Of a stretch of 64,000 nucleotides of DNA, positions 37,194 to 47,510 are shown piece by piece. The notes beneath the pieces are model-generated. The model saw nothing but the letters and a program-made list of their open reading frames with translations, searched no databases and was not told where the DNA came from. Location: positions 48,971 through 112,970 of the forward strand of contig CAYPEK010000002.1 in assembly GCA_964409645.1 (NCBI GenBank). Reading direction: 5' to 3'. A program made the position numbers and the translations under genes. Source of the DNA: an uncultured bacterium. GTDB taxonomy: Bacteria > UBP15 > UBA6099. The first letter of the stretch is position 1. Each line of letters opens with the position of its first letter.

Positions 37194-40100
37194 TCAGCCG
37201 AATTTGCACATGCGTTCTTTGAGGCCGTCGATCGTTTTCGCCAAGCCGCCCTCAGATGTTTCGCGGTAGCGGCTCGCCATATCGTCTCCGATCTGCGCCA
37301 TGGCTTTCACGACTTGGTTCGGGCTGACGAACGAAACGATCCCGTTCAGGCTGAGCCACGCGCCGAGGAGCGACTCGATGGCTTTGAACGCGTTCCGTTT
37401 TATGCACGGCGTGTTGACCTTGCCCGCGATGGGGTCGCAGACGAGGCCGAGCGAGTTTTTCATCGAGAGAATCATCGCGTTGACGACCTGATCGCGCGTG
37501 CCGTCGAGAAAATACGTTGCGAACGCGGCGCCCATCCCGGCGGCGGTGCCTGTCTCCGCCTGACAACCTTTTTCCGCGCCGGACGGCGGCACGATGTTCG
37601 CGGTGAGCGCGGCGAGGAATCCGCACATCAGCAGCGCGCGCACCGCTTTCTCCTCGAATTCCTCCGGCGACATCTCACCGGAGCGCACTTTCATGTTCTT
37701 GAGCGCGAGATAGACGCCGGGCAGCACGCCGCACGCGCCGCCGGTCGGCGCGGCAAGTATCAGTTCCGAGAACGCGTTGCGAGTCATCGCCGTTATCGCG
37801 CCCGAAACGGCGTCGTAGAAGCTGTTGCCGAGAAATTCCGCGTTGACGTTGTTGAACGCTTCTCGGAGGTTCATGTACGTATTGATTACGTTGCTCGTCT
37901 CCGGAGTGCTGGAGTCGAAGTCGATGTCGCCGAACGGCCTGCTGCTTTCGTCGAGGGAGTGCAGCATCTGCTTTGCTTCAAGAATGATTTTTCCGGCTGT
38001 ACCGTCGCTGTATTTGAGGCCGAGACACCATGTTTCGTATTCTACCGCGAGTTGTGCGAGGTCGCGTCCGCTCCGGTTCGCATATTCGATCATCGAGTCG
38101 AGATCGTGGTACGGCAGCGCGTCGTCGTGCGCGGCGGGCTCTCCGTCCGGCGGATAAATCGGGTTGAGGTTGGGGATGCCGGGGTAGTCCTTTGCGTGGC
38201 TGCCGTCGAGCGGCGGCGCTTCCGAATCGCGGGGAAAAAACACAACGCCGCTCCCGGTGGCAGTCCAGCCGCGCGACGTGAAATAGTCCGTTCTTCCAGC
38301 GACCCAGCGGCCTCCGGCGCTGCGAATACGGATTTTTCCGCCGCCGAGGGATTCGCCGGCGATAACGAGGTCGAAGTCGTTCCAGTTGAACTCTCTGTCC
38401 TCATTGCGCAACAAGAACCGTTCGCGTATGCGAGCTTCGTCGAGCTCGCCGCGCGGCACTACGGCTGCGAGAATCGCCACGGAGTTCTCGTGGAGGTCGC
38501 GCGGGTGTTCTTCGGGAATCGGCATATCCGCGCCGTTGCGCGACGAGTCGAATTTGTGGAAACCTGCCCAGTGAACGTCGATGTTCTTTCCGGCGATCGC
38601 CCATATGCAGGTTTTCACCGTGTCTCCGTCGTACCACGGCTTGAAGTCAAAGAAAGCGATGTTTTCAGGGCGGCCCGCGTCCGGGGTGGATGCCCACGGC
38701 GGGATGGAATCGTCGTCCGTGCCCGCGTGATCCTGCGGGATGTCGTGGAGAAGCCCCGCGGCGAGCGCGTTGTGCGTGCGGTGTCCTTCGCCGGCCTTGC
38801 GGAACGAGTTGTGGAGCCTCGCTGAGAGACACAGCACGTCGCGCTCCGGATCGAACGAATCGGACACGAGCATGTTGATTGTTCTGCCGGCGAGGCGGCC
38901 GATGCGGTTCGCCCCGCAGGTGTGCGAACTTGACGGGCCGATCATCGACGGGCCGATGAGGTCGAAGATGCTGATGTCCCGCCGCAGGTCCTGCGCGATC
39001 AGCGACACCATGAATTCGTAGAGCATGAATAGGGTTCCCTGAACGAACCTTTCGGTTTCGGCGCGTGAAATGTCCGCGGCGCGGGGGCGGAATTCGAGGT
39101 TTATTTCATAGACCTCCCTGCGCGGCGCGATCTTCAATCCGTAGAGCATGGCAGTTTCGACGGTGTTGCCGGACAGCAAACGCGGCGCTTCGAGGAGCCG
39201 GAGCGCGTCGAGCAGATCGTCGATATAGCACAGGGCGGGCGTGACGCCCACCGGCGACGGCAGAAGCGCCTGAACGGTCACACGCAAGGCGCCGGGGTCG
39301 TCGTCAGCGGTTTCGGCGTTCGCGACGGCAAACACGATCTTCTCCGCGCCGCGTTCATAAGCGAGCTCGGAGAGTTTCGTTTCCGCCATAGGCAGGAAAA
39401 GGGATTCGTTTTCGGCGATAAGCTCGTCGAGCGTTTTTTCCGTGTTCGAGAATTCGCGCGTTTTGATGAGATGCGCGCGGAGCTGCGTGCGGAGTTCGCC
39501 GATCGGCAACCGCGATTGTGCGAGCAGTGCACGAAGAGTGTCGGTTGACAGTTGAACGCCCGCGCCCTGCGGCGAAAGGGGAAACGAGCTGTCGAATATA
39601 TCGGAGTAGAGAGAAAGTCCGGCGAAAGCGTTCTGCGCCGCGCCGAGCGCGAGCGCGGCTTCCGGGGCGCGCGAGTGCGGCGTTGGGGCTCCCGCGAGCC
39701 GAAACGCGACGCGGCCCGTCTTCGGCGACACCCATGTCCTGCCCATGATTCGGCAGCCGTTCGGAAGCGAGGCGGGAAGCTGCGAGACCTTGCTTTTTGC
39801 GGGCCTGACGGATGGCGTAAAAAGCTCCATGCCGCCCTTCGGCGTGCGCCTTAACAATGCGCCGGCCGGCCGGGCCTTGTTCCCCATGATTTCGTTGTAG
39901 AGTTTCTGGAACGAATTGTAATTGCTGTCCGCGGAGCGGCGGATGCGCACCCACACCTGACCGTCGCCGTCAGACTTTTCGTCGCGGTCGTCGAATTCCA
40001 AGTGAACGAATTCGGCGAGCGATTCGTTTTCGCGGAGCATCCTATAGACTTCCTCGCGGAGCAGGTCCGGATCGTCCGACTGCCTGTGGAATTTGAACTT

Positions 40101-40595
40101 GACGCGCGAGCGGCCGAGTTTGCTGAGAAGAGAATCGACCGATTCGCCGCCACCGGCGGCGGAGGCGTCTTTCGGGTCGAAATCGGTGATGAAAATAAAC
40201 GGCGGGATGTCGCGCAGAGCGCCGAGCAGGTTGAACAGTAGAGAAATGCCGCCTCTTTCGGCGGGCTTGCCGTCACGGAACGTATGAGGCGGCTCGTACC
40301 CGGCGATGACGATGTCCATGAGCGAGACGTTAATAATCGCTGTTTCGTCCGACCAAGCATTTTTCGAGCGGTCGAATATCCTCGCGACGAGTCGTTCCGG
40401 GTCGTCGCCAGCGCCGGGCGCGGCGTCCGGTGCGCGGGATTCGCCGGCTTCGAGAATTGTGTCGATCCCATAAATATTGACGGGAAGCCCGCTCAGCCCG
40501 TTCCTGTCGATGACTGCGGTTATGAAATCCCGCGAATCGAAATGCGGATCGATCACGAGAAGCGAGAAGTGAGAAATCGTTTTCATACTTTCCAT
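37194..40595 (-). CDS. 1133-aa fusion of an unknown N-terminal region (about 570 aa) to a complete iron-sulfur L-serine dehydratase (beta and alpha domains)
   Basis: The C-terminal half carries ISIFDLIGPSMIGPSSSHTCGA (the L-SD beta-domain start), AGESLGGGKIRI, and alpha-domain motifs AEKGCQAE, LGLVCDPI and TPCIKRN. These are the three 4Fe-4S ligand cysteines in canonical SdaA context. No motif was recognised in the N-terminal 570 aa. Confidence 0.8.
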   Translation of the reverse strand: MESMKTISHFSLLVIDPHFDSRDFITAVIDRNGLSGLPVNIYGIDTILEAGESRAPDAAPGAGDDPERLVARIFDRSKNAWSDETAIINVSLMDIVIAGYEPPHTFRDGKPAERGGISLLFNLLGALRDIPPFIFITDFDPKDASAAGGGESVDSLLSKLGRSRVKFKFHRQSDDPDLLREEVYRMLRENESLAEFVHLEFDDRDEKSDGDGQVWVRIRRSADSNYNSFQKLYNEIMGNKARPAGALLRRTPKGGMELFTPSVRPAKSKVSQLPASLPNGCRIMGRTWVSPKTGRVAFRLAGAPTPHSRAPEAALALGAAQNAFAGLSLYSDIFDSSFPLSPQGAGVQLSTDTLRALLAQSRLPIGELRTQLRAHLIKTREFSNTEKTLDELIAENESLFLPMAETKLSELAYERGAEKIVFAVANAETADDDPGALRVTVQALLPSPVGVTPALCYIDDLLDALRLLEAPRLLSGNTVETAMLYGLKIAPRREVYEINLEFRPRAADISRAETERFVQGTLFMLYEFMVSLIAQDLRRDISIFDLIGPSMIGPSSSHTCGANRIGRLAGRTINMLVSDSFDPERDVLCLSARLHNSFRKAGEGHRTHNALAAGLLHDIPQDHAGTDDDSIPPWASTPDAGRPENIAFFDFKPWYDGDTVKTCIWAIAGKNIDVHWAGFHKFDSSRNGADMPIPEEHPRDLHENSVAILAAVVPRGELDEARIRERFLLRNEDREFNWNDFDLVIAGESLGGGKIRIRSAGGRWVAGRTDYFTSRGWTATGSGVVFFPRDSEAPPLDGSHAKDYPGIPNLNPIYPPDGEPAAHDDALPYHDLDSMIEYANRSGRDLAQLAVEYETWCLGLKYSDGTAGKIILEAKQMLHSLDESSRPFGDIDFDSSTPETSNVINTYMNLREAFNNVNAEFLGNSFYDAVSGAITAMTRNAFSELILAAPTGGACGVLPGVYLALKNMKVRSGEMSPEEFEEKAVRALLMCGFLAALTANIVPPSGAEKGCQAETGTAAGMGAAFATYFLDGTRDQVVNAMILSMKNSLGLVCDPIAGKVNTPCIKRNAFKAIESLLGAWLSLNGIVSFVSPNQVVKAMAQIGDDMASRYRETSEGGLAKTIDGLKERMCKFG

Positions 40596-40852
40596 ATAGA
40601 TTTAAGTAACTCCCATCATTTCATTTTCATTTTTTAATTATACGAATACTTTTGGAATTGTAATAACGGTATTTTCCGAATAATACAACGTAAAAAAACT
40701 TCGTCCTCGTTTTTTGTCGGCCATTTGCTCAGTATTGAGGCCCGGGATGACCTTTCTCCACATTGGATGTTTTTGCCGAGAATAGTGTAATATAAATGAA
40801 GTCGGTTGTGCGAATGAAAAAGACTGAAGCGATCTCTTGAGAGGATTGATAG

Positions 40853-41692
40853 ATGTTTAAAGAACTATTAGAAATCATCGAACGGCCTGAGGTGTTCGAG
40901 TTTTATACCACGAAAGACCTTTGGACGGACGATCACACTTCGAAGCAGATGCTTGCGTTTCATCTGAATGACGAAATTGATGCGTCGTCCCGCAACAAGG
41001 ATTTTATCGACAAATCTGTCGAGTGGATTGCTTCTTATTTTAAAGTGGGAGAGGGGACAAGGATCGCCGACTTCGGTTGCGGACCGGGGCTTTATACGAC
41101 GAGACTGTCTCGAAAATCGGCGGATGTGACTGGAATAGATTTTTCGGAAAGGTCGGTTGGGTACGCAAGGGAAGCTGCGGCGAGAGAGGGGCTTTCAGCA
41201 AAATATATATGTGAGAATTACTTGGAGTTTGAAACAAATGATAATTTTGATCTCGTCATAATGATTATGTGTGATTTCTGTGCGCTCAGTCCTGCACAGA
41301 GAAAAAGCATTCTGAGTAAATTTCATACTTTTCTTGCGCCGGGAGGCTCTGTGCTTCTCGATGTTTATTCACTAAATGCGTTCAATCAGAGGTCGGAGGC
41401 ATCGATTTGGGGAGAGAATCTTCTGGATGGATTCTGGTCGCCGAACAGATATTTTGGATTCATGAATACGTTCAAATATGAGAATGAGAAGGTGGTTCTG
41501 GACAAGTACACGATCATCGAGCCTGACCGCAAAAGAGTGATTTATAATTGGTTGCAATATTTCAGTCCCGAAATGGTTATAAAAGAATTTGAAGAAGCCG
41601 GTTTTATCATTGATAGTCTTTTTTCGGATGTTAAAGGCGTGGCATTTGATGAGGAAAGTATGGAGTTTGCTGTTGTTGCTGTTAAACGGTGA
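40853..41692 (+). CDS. Class I SAM-dependent methyltransferase
   Basis: Motif I RIADFGCGPGLYT and an acidic post-I residue (TGIDFS). Confidence 0.8.
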   Translation: MFKELLEIIERPEVFEFYTTKDLWTDDHTSKQMLAFHLNDEIDASSRNKDFIDKSVEWIASYFKVGEGTRIADFGCGPGLYTTRLSRKSADVTGIDFSERSVGYAREAAAREGLSAKYICENYLEFETNDNFDLVIMIMCDFCALSPAQRKSILSKFHTFLAPGGSVLLDVYSLNAFNQRSEASIWGENLLDGFWSPNRYFGFMNTFKYENEKVVLDKYTIIEPDRKRVIYNWLQYFSPEMVIKEFEEAGFIIDSLFSDVKGVAFDEESMEFAVVAVKR

Positions 41693-41836
41693 AGAACTAC
41701 GCTGTTAAGAGCGAGGGCATCACGCTTATTCCCCTATGGAATTTTATCCGCGAATCAAGTGCGGTGTCCGGTGTCCCTCGAAATAAAAATTGATATAATG
41801 AATATACTCCGGAGTATTGTTTGAAAGGACTGCGAA

Positions 41837-42562
41837 TTGGACACGATTGAAGTTACCCGCCGAATGACTTACGACTACTTGGTGTTCGTGCCTGCTCTCG
41901 CAGTGATTTTTAATCTATACCTCATTACAGGGAAAAAGTGGAAAGAACTCGCGGTTTTTAATGTCGGCGGTTTGATTAACATTGTTATGGAAATCGCCTT
42001 AATAAGGGCAGGGCACAGGCATTTCGATACGGACAGTCCGGCGCTTATAGCGGCGGCCGTTCTGTGCTTAGGGTGGGTGACGAACGGCTTCCTGTGTTCG
42101 GTCGCATACATCGATGTGAAGCGCTGGCTGAGGCGGACGTACTCCAAGGGGTTCGTTATTGCGGTCAACCTGTTTCTTTTCGCCGGTTTGCCGCTGGCAA
42201 TGATTCGGTATGGGGCGTTCGACGGCGGAATATCTGTGTGGCGCGATGTACCGACCGGCGCCGCACTTGTGGAGCCGGTGATTTTTGCCGTTCTCGCCGC
42301 CGTGATATGGTTTTCAGGCTATCGGAAGCTGCTCGTGCGCATGTTCCTGATCGGTTTCCTCATCGATCTGCATTTCGAGGGCAGCCTGTTGTTGTTCGGT
42401 GTTCGCGCCGTGGAGCAATTCAATCTCGTTCATTTTATAACACGGGTGCTTTTCGAGATGAACGTGTTTCTGTGCTTGGGTTTTCTTCTGCTGAAATTGA
42501 TTTTCAAGTTGAATGATTACAAGGACTCGGCGCTTGCAGCTCATTCAAAGTGGCTGCATTGA
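41837..42562 (+). CDS. Polytopic membrane protein, unknown function
   Basis: 241 aa, about 6 hydrophobic helices, no recognised motif. Confidence 0.45.
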   Translation: MDTIEVTRRMTYDYLVFVPALAVIFNLYLITGKKWKELAVFNVGGLINIVMEIALIRAGHRHFDTDSPALIAAAVLCLGWVTNGFLCSVAYIDVKRWLRRTYSKGFVIAVNLFLFAGLPLAMIRYGAFDGGISVWRDVPTGAALVEPVIFAVLAAVIWFSGYRKLLVRMFLIGFLIDLHFEGSLLLFGVRAVEQFNLVHFITRVLFEMNVFLCLGFLLLKLIFKLNDYKDSALAAHSKWLH

Positions 42563-42788
42563 ATTCCGACCGGCCGGCGAACCCGAATTGATATTTCGTG
42601 CTTCATTATAAAGATGCAATTTTAGATGTACTGGATGTCAATATTTTTTCCTCTCTGTATTGTTACTGATTATCCAGTGTTATAAACTCCTGTTCTAAGG
42701 CATGTATGGCTTTATCAATGGCTCAAACGTGATATTTACGTATGTACGTTCACACGAGCCGGGACAAAATGGAAAAGGGAGGATCGGG

Positions 42789-43766
42789 ATGAAGTTTACA
42801 CTCAAATTTGCACTGGTAATCATAGCGACGATCGCGGTGGCGGCAACTACCGGATGTGTCAACAACGCCCAGAAAGGCAAGTTCAACGAGAAAAACATAA
42901 CCCTGATATGCCCGCCGAAACAGGGCGGACTATCCGACTTCATCACGCGCACCCTCGCGGTGTACTCTGAAAAGAAAACTGGCGGAAGCATTGTCGTTGA
43001 GAACCATCCCGGCGCGTCGGGTGCGACAGGCATGAGGGTTGGCTCTAAAGCCGCTCCGGACGGCAACACCGTAACATACGTCCCTGTCGAAAGCACGATT
43101 CTTCTCCACAGGAAAGACATAACTGAAAGCATTTCCTATAAGGATTTCGACCTTCTCGCCCGCCTCAACTACGGCCCCGGCGCACTCGTCGTCAGGTCCG
43201 ACTCGAAATTCAAGACGTTTAAGGATTTCGTTGACTTCGCAAAGAAAAATCCGGGCAAGCTCAATGTCGGCAACAGCGGCAACTTCGCGATATGGCACAT
43301 AGCCGCAGCATTGATGGCTGAAAAAACGGGCATCCAGATCGGGCATGTGCCGTACGACGGCTCCGCCGCCGCAGTTCAAGACCTGCTCGGAGGCCATCTT
43401 GACGCCATCGTGGCGAGCCCCGCGGAAGTCTTCACATTCGTTGCGGCAAAGCAGCTTAAAATTCTTGTCATGTTCGACGAAAAACGAAACTGGCAGTTTA
43501 AGGACATTCCTGTTGCCAAAGAGGTCGGTTATGACATAGTCGTCTCTGCATGGGGTGGTCTCGCAGTGCCGAAAGGCACTCCGAAAGAAACGGAGAAACG
43601 ACTCGTCGAAATCTTTAAGAAAGGATTCGACGATCCTGAATTTCAGGAAAAGTGCAAAGAGCGCAGCGTAACGCTCGGATGGCAGGGGCCGGACGAATTT
43701 CTCAAATTCGCAGAGGAACAGGACAAGATGTTCGCCGACGTCCTGAAAGACCTTAAAGTTAACTAA
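42789..43766 (+). CDS. tctC: Tripartite tricarboxylate transporter substrate-binding protein (TctC/Bug family), lipoprotein
   Basis: Lipoprotein signal MKFTLKFALVIIATIAVAATTGC. ICPPKQGGLSDFITRTLA...VENHPGASGATGMRVGSKAAPDGNT matches the Bug/TctC signature. GGGAGG ribosome-binding site. Confidence 0.85.
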   Translation: MKFTLKFALVIIATIAVAATTGCVNNAQKGKFNEKNITLICPPKQGGLSDFITRTLAVYSEKKTGGSIVVENHPGASGATGMRVGSKAAPDGNTVTYVPVESTILLHRKDITESISYKDFDLLARLNYGPGALVVRSDSKFKTFKDFVDFAKKNPGKLNVGNSGNFAIWHIAAALMAEKTGIQIGHVPYDGSAAAVQDLLGGHLDAIVASPAEVFTFVAAKQLKILVMFDEKRNWQFKDIPVAKEVGYDIVVSAWGGLAVPKGTPKETEKRLVEIFKKGFDDPEFQEKCKERSVTLGWQGPDEFLKFAEEQDKMFADVLKDLKVN

Positions 43767-43783
43767 AGAGAGGGACGCCCCAC

Positions 43784-44293
43784 ATGCAACGTAACCGAGA
43801 CATTACCATCGGGGTGATTCTACTGGCTTTCAGCTCGGTGGTTTTCGCCATGGCACGCCAACTGCCAAGGGAATGGGATGGCGGGGGGCTATCGCCATCC
43901 TCATTTCCAAGTGCCCTTGCCGGGTTTATCGGATTCCTGTCGATCATTCTAATTATTACCGGTATAACATCCAAGGATCGCGAGAAGCTCGGTTCTTTCT
44001 TCGGGGTTTTCTTCTGGCAGATGGTTGTTTTTTTTGCTGTGATGGCTGTGTATATTGTCATAATGCCTCTCATCGGATACGTAACGTCAACAATAATATT
44101 TGTAATAGCTACATACCTCCTGCTTGTGGGTAAGATCAGCGCAAAAAGCATTATCGGCGGCATCATTTTCGCTGTGGTGTCGGCAGTATCTATCTATGCG
44201 ATGTTCGGACTGGTTCTCAAAGTTCCGGTCATCCAAGGGCCTGTTGATTTTGCGATCAGGGGCGTCATCGCGGCGATCACGGGAGGCAACTAA
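43784..44293 (+). CDS. tctB: Tripartite tricarboxylate transporter small membrane subunit TctB
   Basis: 169 aa with 4 TM helices. Its position between tctC and tctA, with the stop overlapping the tctA ATG as TAATG. Confidence 0.7.
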   Translation: MQRNRDITIGVILLAFSSVVFAMARQLPREWDGGGLSPSSFPSALAGFIGFLSIILIITGITSKDREKLGSFFGVFFWQMVVFFAVMAVYIVIMPLIGYVTSTIIFVIATYLLLVGKISAKSIIGGIIFAVVSAVSIYAMFGLVLKVPVIQGPVDFAIRGVIAAITGGN

Positions 44294-45810
44294 TGGAGAA
44301 TTTACTCGAAGCACTTAAAATAATACTTACGTTCAAAGTGATAGGCATGATGCTTATCGGCATCACGGCAGGCATTATAGCGGGCGCGCTTCCCGGCCTC
44401 ACAGCTACCATGACTATCGCGCTCCTTGTGCCTTTCACGTACCAGATCGACCCGCCGATAGCTGCCCTCATGGTGCTGCTCGGCGTTTATGTCGGGGCTA
44501 TGCACGGTGGCGATATAAGCGCGATCCTGATCTCAACACCGGGAACGCCGGCTGCCGCAGCAACATGCCTCGATGGTTACCCCATGGCGCAAAACGGGCA
44601 GGCCGCTCTCGCGCTGAACATTGCTGCGCTCACCTCCAGCATCGGCACCGTGTTCGGCGCCGCCGTTCTCTGGACGGTCGCCCAGCCGATTGCCAACATA
44701 GCCCTGAAATTCGGGCCGTTCGAAATGTTCTGCCTGACAGTATTCGGAATCAGCATCATCGCCAGCCTGAGCGAAAAGAATATCGCAAAAGGCTTCATCA
44801 TGGGCGCGCTCGGTATGCTGTTCTCAACGGTCGGCCGCAGCGCTGTTTTCGACATGGACCGACTGACCCTCGGATACACGGGATTCCCCGAGTCCGACCT
44901 GCGCTACATACCGCTGATGATCGGTGTGTTCGCTATCGCTGAAGCGCTCACGCAGATCGAAGATAACCTGAAAATCAAGAAAGCCGACACTTCGTTCAAA
45001 AACGCTTTTCCGACGCTGAAGCAGTGGAAAGAAATGATTCCCGCAATCTCGATAGGCAGCATAGTCGGCACACTCATCGGTGCGATTCCCGGCACGGGCG
45101 GCGACATCGCTTCATACGTAGCATACGACCAGACAAGGAAATTCTCGAAACACAAGGATAAATTCGGCAAGGGGTACGCTCCGGGTGTCGCGGCGCCTCA
45201 GGCGGCCAACAACGCGGTGTGCGGCGGCGCAATGATACCGATGCTCACACTCGGCATTCCGGGCGACTCGGTCACCGCCATCCTCATCGGCGCGATGATC
45301 ATCATCGGACTTCGGCCGGGCCCGACGCTTTTCACCAGCCCCGACCCGGCAATGCACGTGATGGTCACGAGCATCTTCGTCGGCCTGATGGTGGTCGCCA
45401 TACTCGTAACACCCGTCAGGCTCATCGGCGTACCGCTATTCGCGAAAACGGTCACCCTCGCGCGCCAGTACCTATGGCCGCTTGTCACCGTGTTTTGCAT
45501 CGTAGGTTCGTTCGCGATGACCGGCTCGATGGTTTCTGTTTACATCATGTTGGCGTTCGGGTTCTTCGGATACTTCATGAAAAAATTCGGATTCCCATCC
45601 GGTCCGATGATCATAGGCGTCATTCTCGGGCCTCTCGCGGAATCGAGTCTTCACCGCGCATTGCGTATCAGCCACGGCGATCTGCTCCCGATGTTCTCGC
45701 CGCTCGCCATCATTCTTATCTGCTTCTCACTCTTTTCAGTATCGATTCCATTAATACAAAGAATGAAAAAAGACAAAGGGACTCACACGTCGGCTGGAGG
45801 CAATATCTGA
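44293..45810 (+). CDS. tctA: Tripartite tricarboxylate transporter permease TctA
   Basis: 505-aa polytopic protein with GALPGLTATMTIALLVPFTY and GAIPGTGGDIASYVAY TctA signatures. Confidence 0.9.
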   Translation: MENLLEALKIILTFKVIGMMLIGITAGIIAGALPGLTATMTIALLVPFTYQIDPPIAALMVLLGVYVGAMHGGDISAILISTPGTPAAAATCLDGYPMAQNGQAALALNIAALTSSIGTVFGAAVLWTVAQPIANIALKFGPFEMFCLTVFGISIIASLSEKNIAKGFIMGALGMLFSTVGRSAVFDMDRLTLGYTGFPESDLRYIPLMIGVFAIAEALTQIEDNLKIKKADTSFKNAFPTLKQWKEMIPAISIGSIVGTLIGAIPGTGGDIASYVAYDQTRKFSKHKDKFGKGYAPGVAAPQAANNAVCGGAMIPMLTLGIPGDSVTAILIGAMIIIGLRPGPTLFTSPDPAMHVMVTSIFVGLMVVAILVTPVRLIGVPLFAKTVTLARQYLWPLVTVFCIVGSFAMTGSMVSVYIMLAFGFFGYFMKKFGFPSGPMIIGVILGPLAESSLHRALRISHGDLLPMFSPLAIILICFSLFSVSIPLIQRMKKDKGTHTSAGGNI

Positions 45811-45848
45811 AATAAAGCATAGCCAAATTCCTGAAGCAGCACGCAATG

Positions 45849-45886
45849 AAAGCCCACGGAGAAACGATCAACTCCGGGGGCTTTTT
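45849..45886 (+). terminator. Putative rho-independent terminator after tctA
   Basis: AAAGCCC-ACGGAG-loop-CTCC-GGGGGCTTTTT: a compound GC stem followed by TTTTT. Confidence 0.45.
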
Positions 45887-46045
45887 ACATGCGGCTTGCG
45901 CGCATTTACAGCTGATCTTAAACATGTGGCCAATTGAACCACTTTCGCGATAAAAAATATATTGAAGATTTCAAGGGATGTTGAAAATCACCCCCCAATT
46001 GCGTCTGGCATCACCGGGATCGAAGAAAGCTCTGCAAAAAACGTT

Positions 46046-46468
46046 TCAAATAAGATACGCGAACACACCGCCTATTATGAAACTTCCGACAACACCGTTA
46101 ACGAATTCAATAAGGAGCAGTTTATTCGGATATGTCGATTGAATCCACATGTCGAAAAATCTCGGAAATATCTTGGTTGCGATTAATATCAGGCCGAACA
46201 AAAAAGTTTTTAATAAGATTGTTTCGGGTAGAGATGTTTTTATGTATGAAAACACAAAGGACCACAACAAGCATTGAGCTAACGTGCCGGCATATTGAAG
46301 CCCGACATACTTTGGAATACTTGGCCACTTCTTCAATGCCGGGGATGTCTCCATGTTTTTGTATATTCCCGCAACAATTGGATTCATATACAAAGCTCCG
46401 CCAGCAACGAACCATATAACGGATGCGGCAAAACCCGATAGCGCGGTGTGGTATAAATTCATTGTCAT
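46046..46468 (-). CDS. Small membrane protein, unknown function, in a lower-GC segment
   Basis: 140 aa with 4 hydrophobic helices. The surrounding 45950-46580 is AT-richer than the flanks. Confidence 0.4.
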   Translation of the reverse strand: MTMNLYHTALSGFAASVIWFVAGGALYMNPIVAGIYKNMETSPALKKWPSIPKYVGLQYAGTLAQCLLWSFVFSYIKTSLPETILLKTFLFGLILIATKIFPRFFDMWIQSTYPNKLLLIEFVNGVVGSFIIGGVFAYLI

Positions 46469-46587
46469 TTATCTTCACCCCTTTATTAAATATTAGTACA
46501 TTTTTTTATTCGCCTCGAAGGAATAGCAGCATCCGGTCGAAAAAAACAGGTTGATTGATTTTTCGCTTTTAATACAAGTATGGCGCC

Positions 46588-47430
46588 TTACGAAAATGAC
46601 TCCATCTTTGCGCATATAAAGCGATAACCTGAATCAAAATAATCCGTGTTCCTGAGATAGCCGTGTTTTTTGTCCCATGCGCCTGATTCAAGATCGTGTT
46701 GGAGTCTGCGTATTCCATCGATGACTTCATCTTGATCCGCGAGAGCGAAACCTGACATGCAGGACCTAACCGCCGGATCGAGGTAAAGTTCAGGCCTGCG
46801 CCAGCCGGCTGCAAGAAAGAGATCATGCAGGTCGTGTGGCAATTCGAAAATATAAGAGTCCACTTTTCGGTTTGTACTCTCCGCCAGAAGATTTTCGACG
46901 TCGGACAGCGGCGGGAAGAGGGGGGCTGCCGCATCCCAGATACCGGGGAAATATTCCGCAATCCACGGTCTCTGTATCTGTCGCGGATCGAATGTGAAAA
47001 TCACTATCGGCCCATCCGCACAAATACGCGCCATTTCCTTTGCTGCTTTAGCAAGGGAATTGAAATGATGGATGGATAAAATGCACATCACACCGTCCAC
47101 GGAGTTGTTCCGTAAGGGGATTTCCTCGGCAAAGCCTTCCACCCATTCGATGGTTCCGCCGGGTTGGGCTTGCTTTCTCATTGTGGCCGACGGTTCCACC
47201 GCTTTAATGTTGTATCCATGTTCGGATAAAGCGACGGAATAATTACCTGTTCCTGCGCCTATATCAGCGATAATGCTGCTCTGAGGCAAATCAAGGAGCC
47301 TGACAATGAAGTCCACAATACGGGTGTCTGCCCTGCGATGACGTGAATAGTCATTTCCGATTCTGTCGTATATTCTCTCATCCATAGAGCAATAGCAACG
47401 CGCGGAGAGTGCACAGAGGCCTTTACGCAA
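46588..47430 (-). CDS. Class I SAM-dependent methyltransferase
   Basis: Motif I IADIGAGTGNYS and an acidic post-I residue (KAVEPS). Probable start at MDERIYDR (47385). Confidence 0.75.
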   Translation of the reverse strand: MRKGLCALSARCYCSMDERIYDRIGNDYSRHRRADTRIVDFIVRLLDLPQSSIIADIGAGTGNYSVALSEHGYNIKAVEPSATMRKQAQPGGTIEWVEGFAEEIPLRNNSVDGVMCILSIHHFNSLAKAAKEMARICADGPIVIFTFDPRQIQRPWIAEYFPGIWDAAAPLFPPLSDVENLLAESTNRKVDSYIFELPHDLHDLFLAAGWRRPELYLDPAVRSCMSGFALADQDEVIDGIRRLQHDLESGAWDKKHGYLRNTDYFDSGYRFICAKMESFS

Positions 47431-47510
47431 ATTCGTTTTTTTGCGATCCGGTCTCTGCTACATCATAGTTATAATAACAGACGCAGTAAAATCAATCGTA
47501 AATCATTGCG

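Noticed and set aside
36705-38825. Long plus-strand ORF (706 aa) antisense to the SdaA-like gene, and similar antisense ORFs at 1231..1944, 27103..27978, 30106..31047, 22439..23719 and 61060..62103
   Set aside because: All are Arg/Ala/Gly-rich with no motifs, and each is fully embedded opposite a gene with strong family signatures. This is the usual high-GC antisense artefact.
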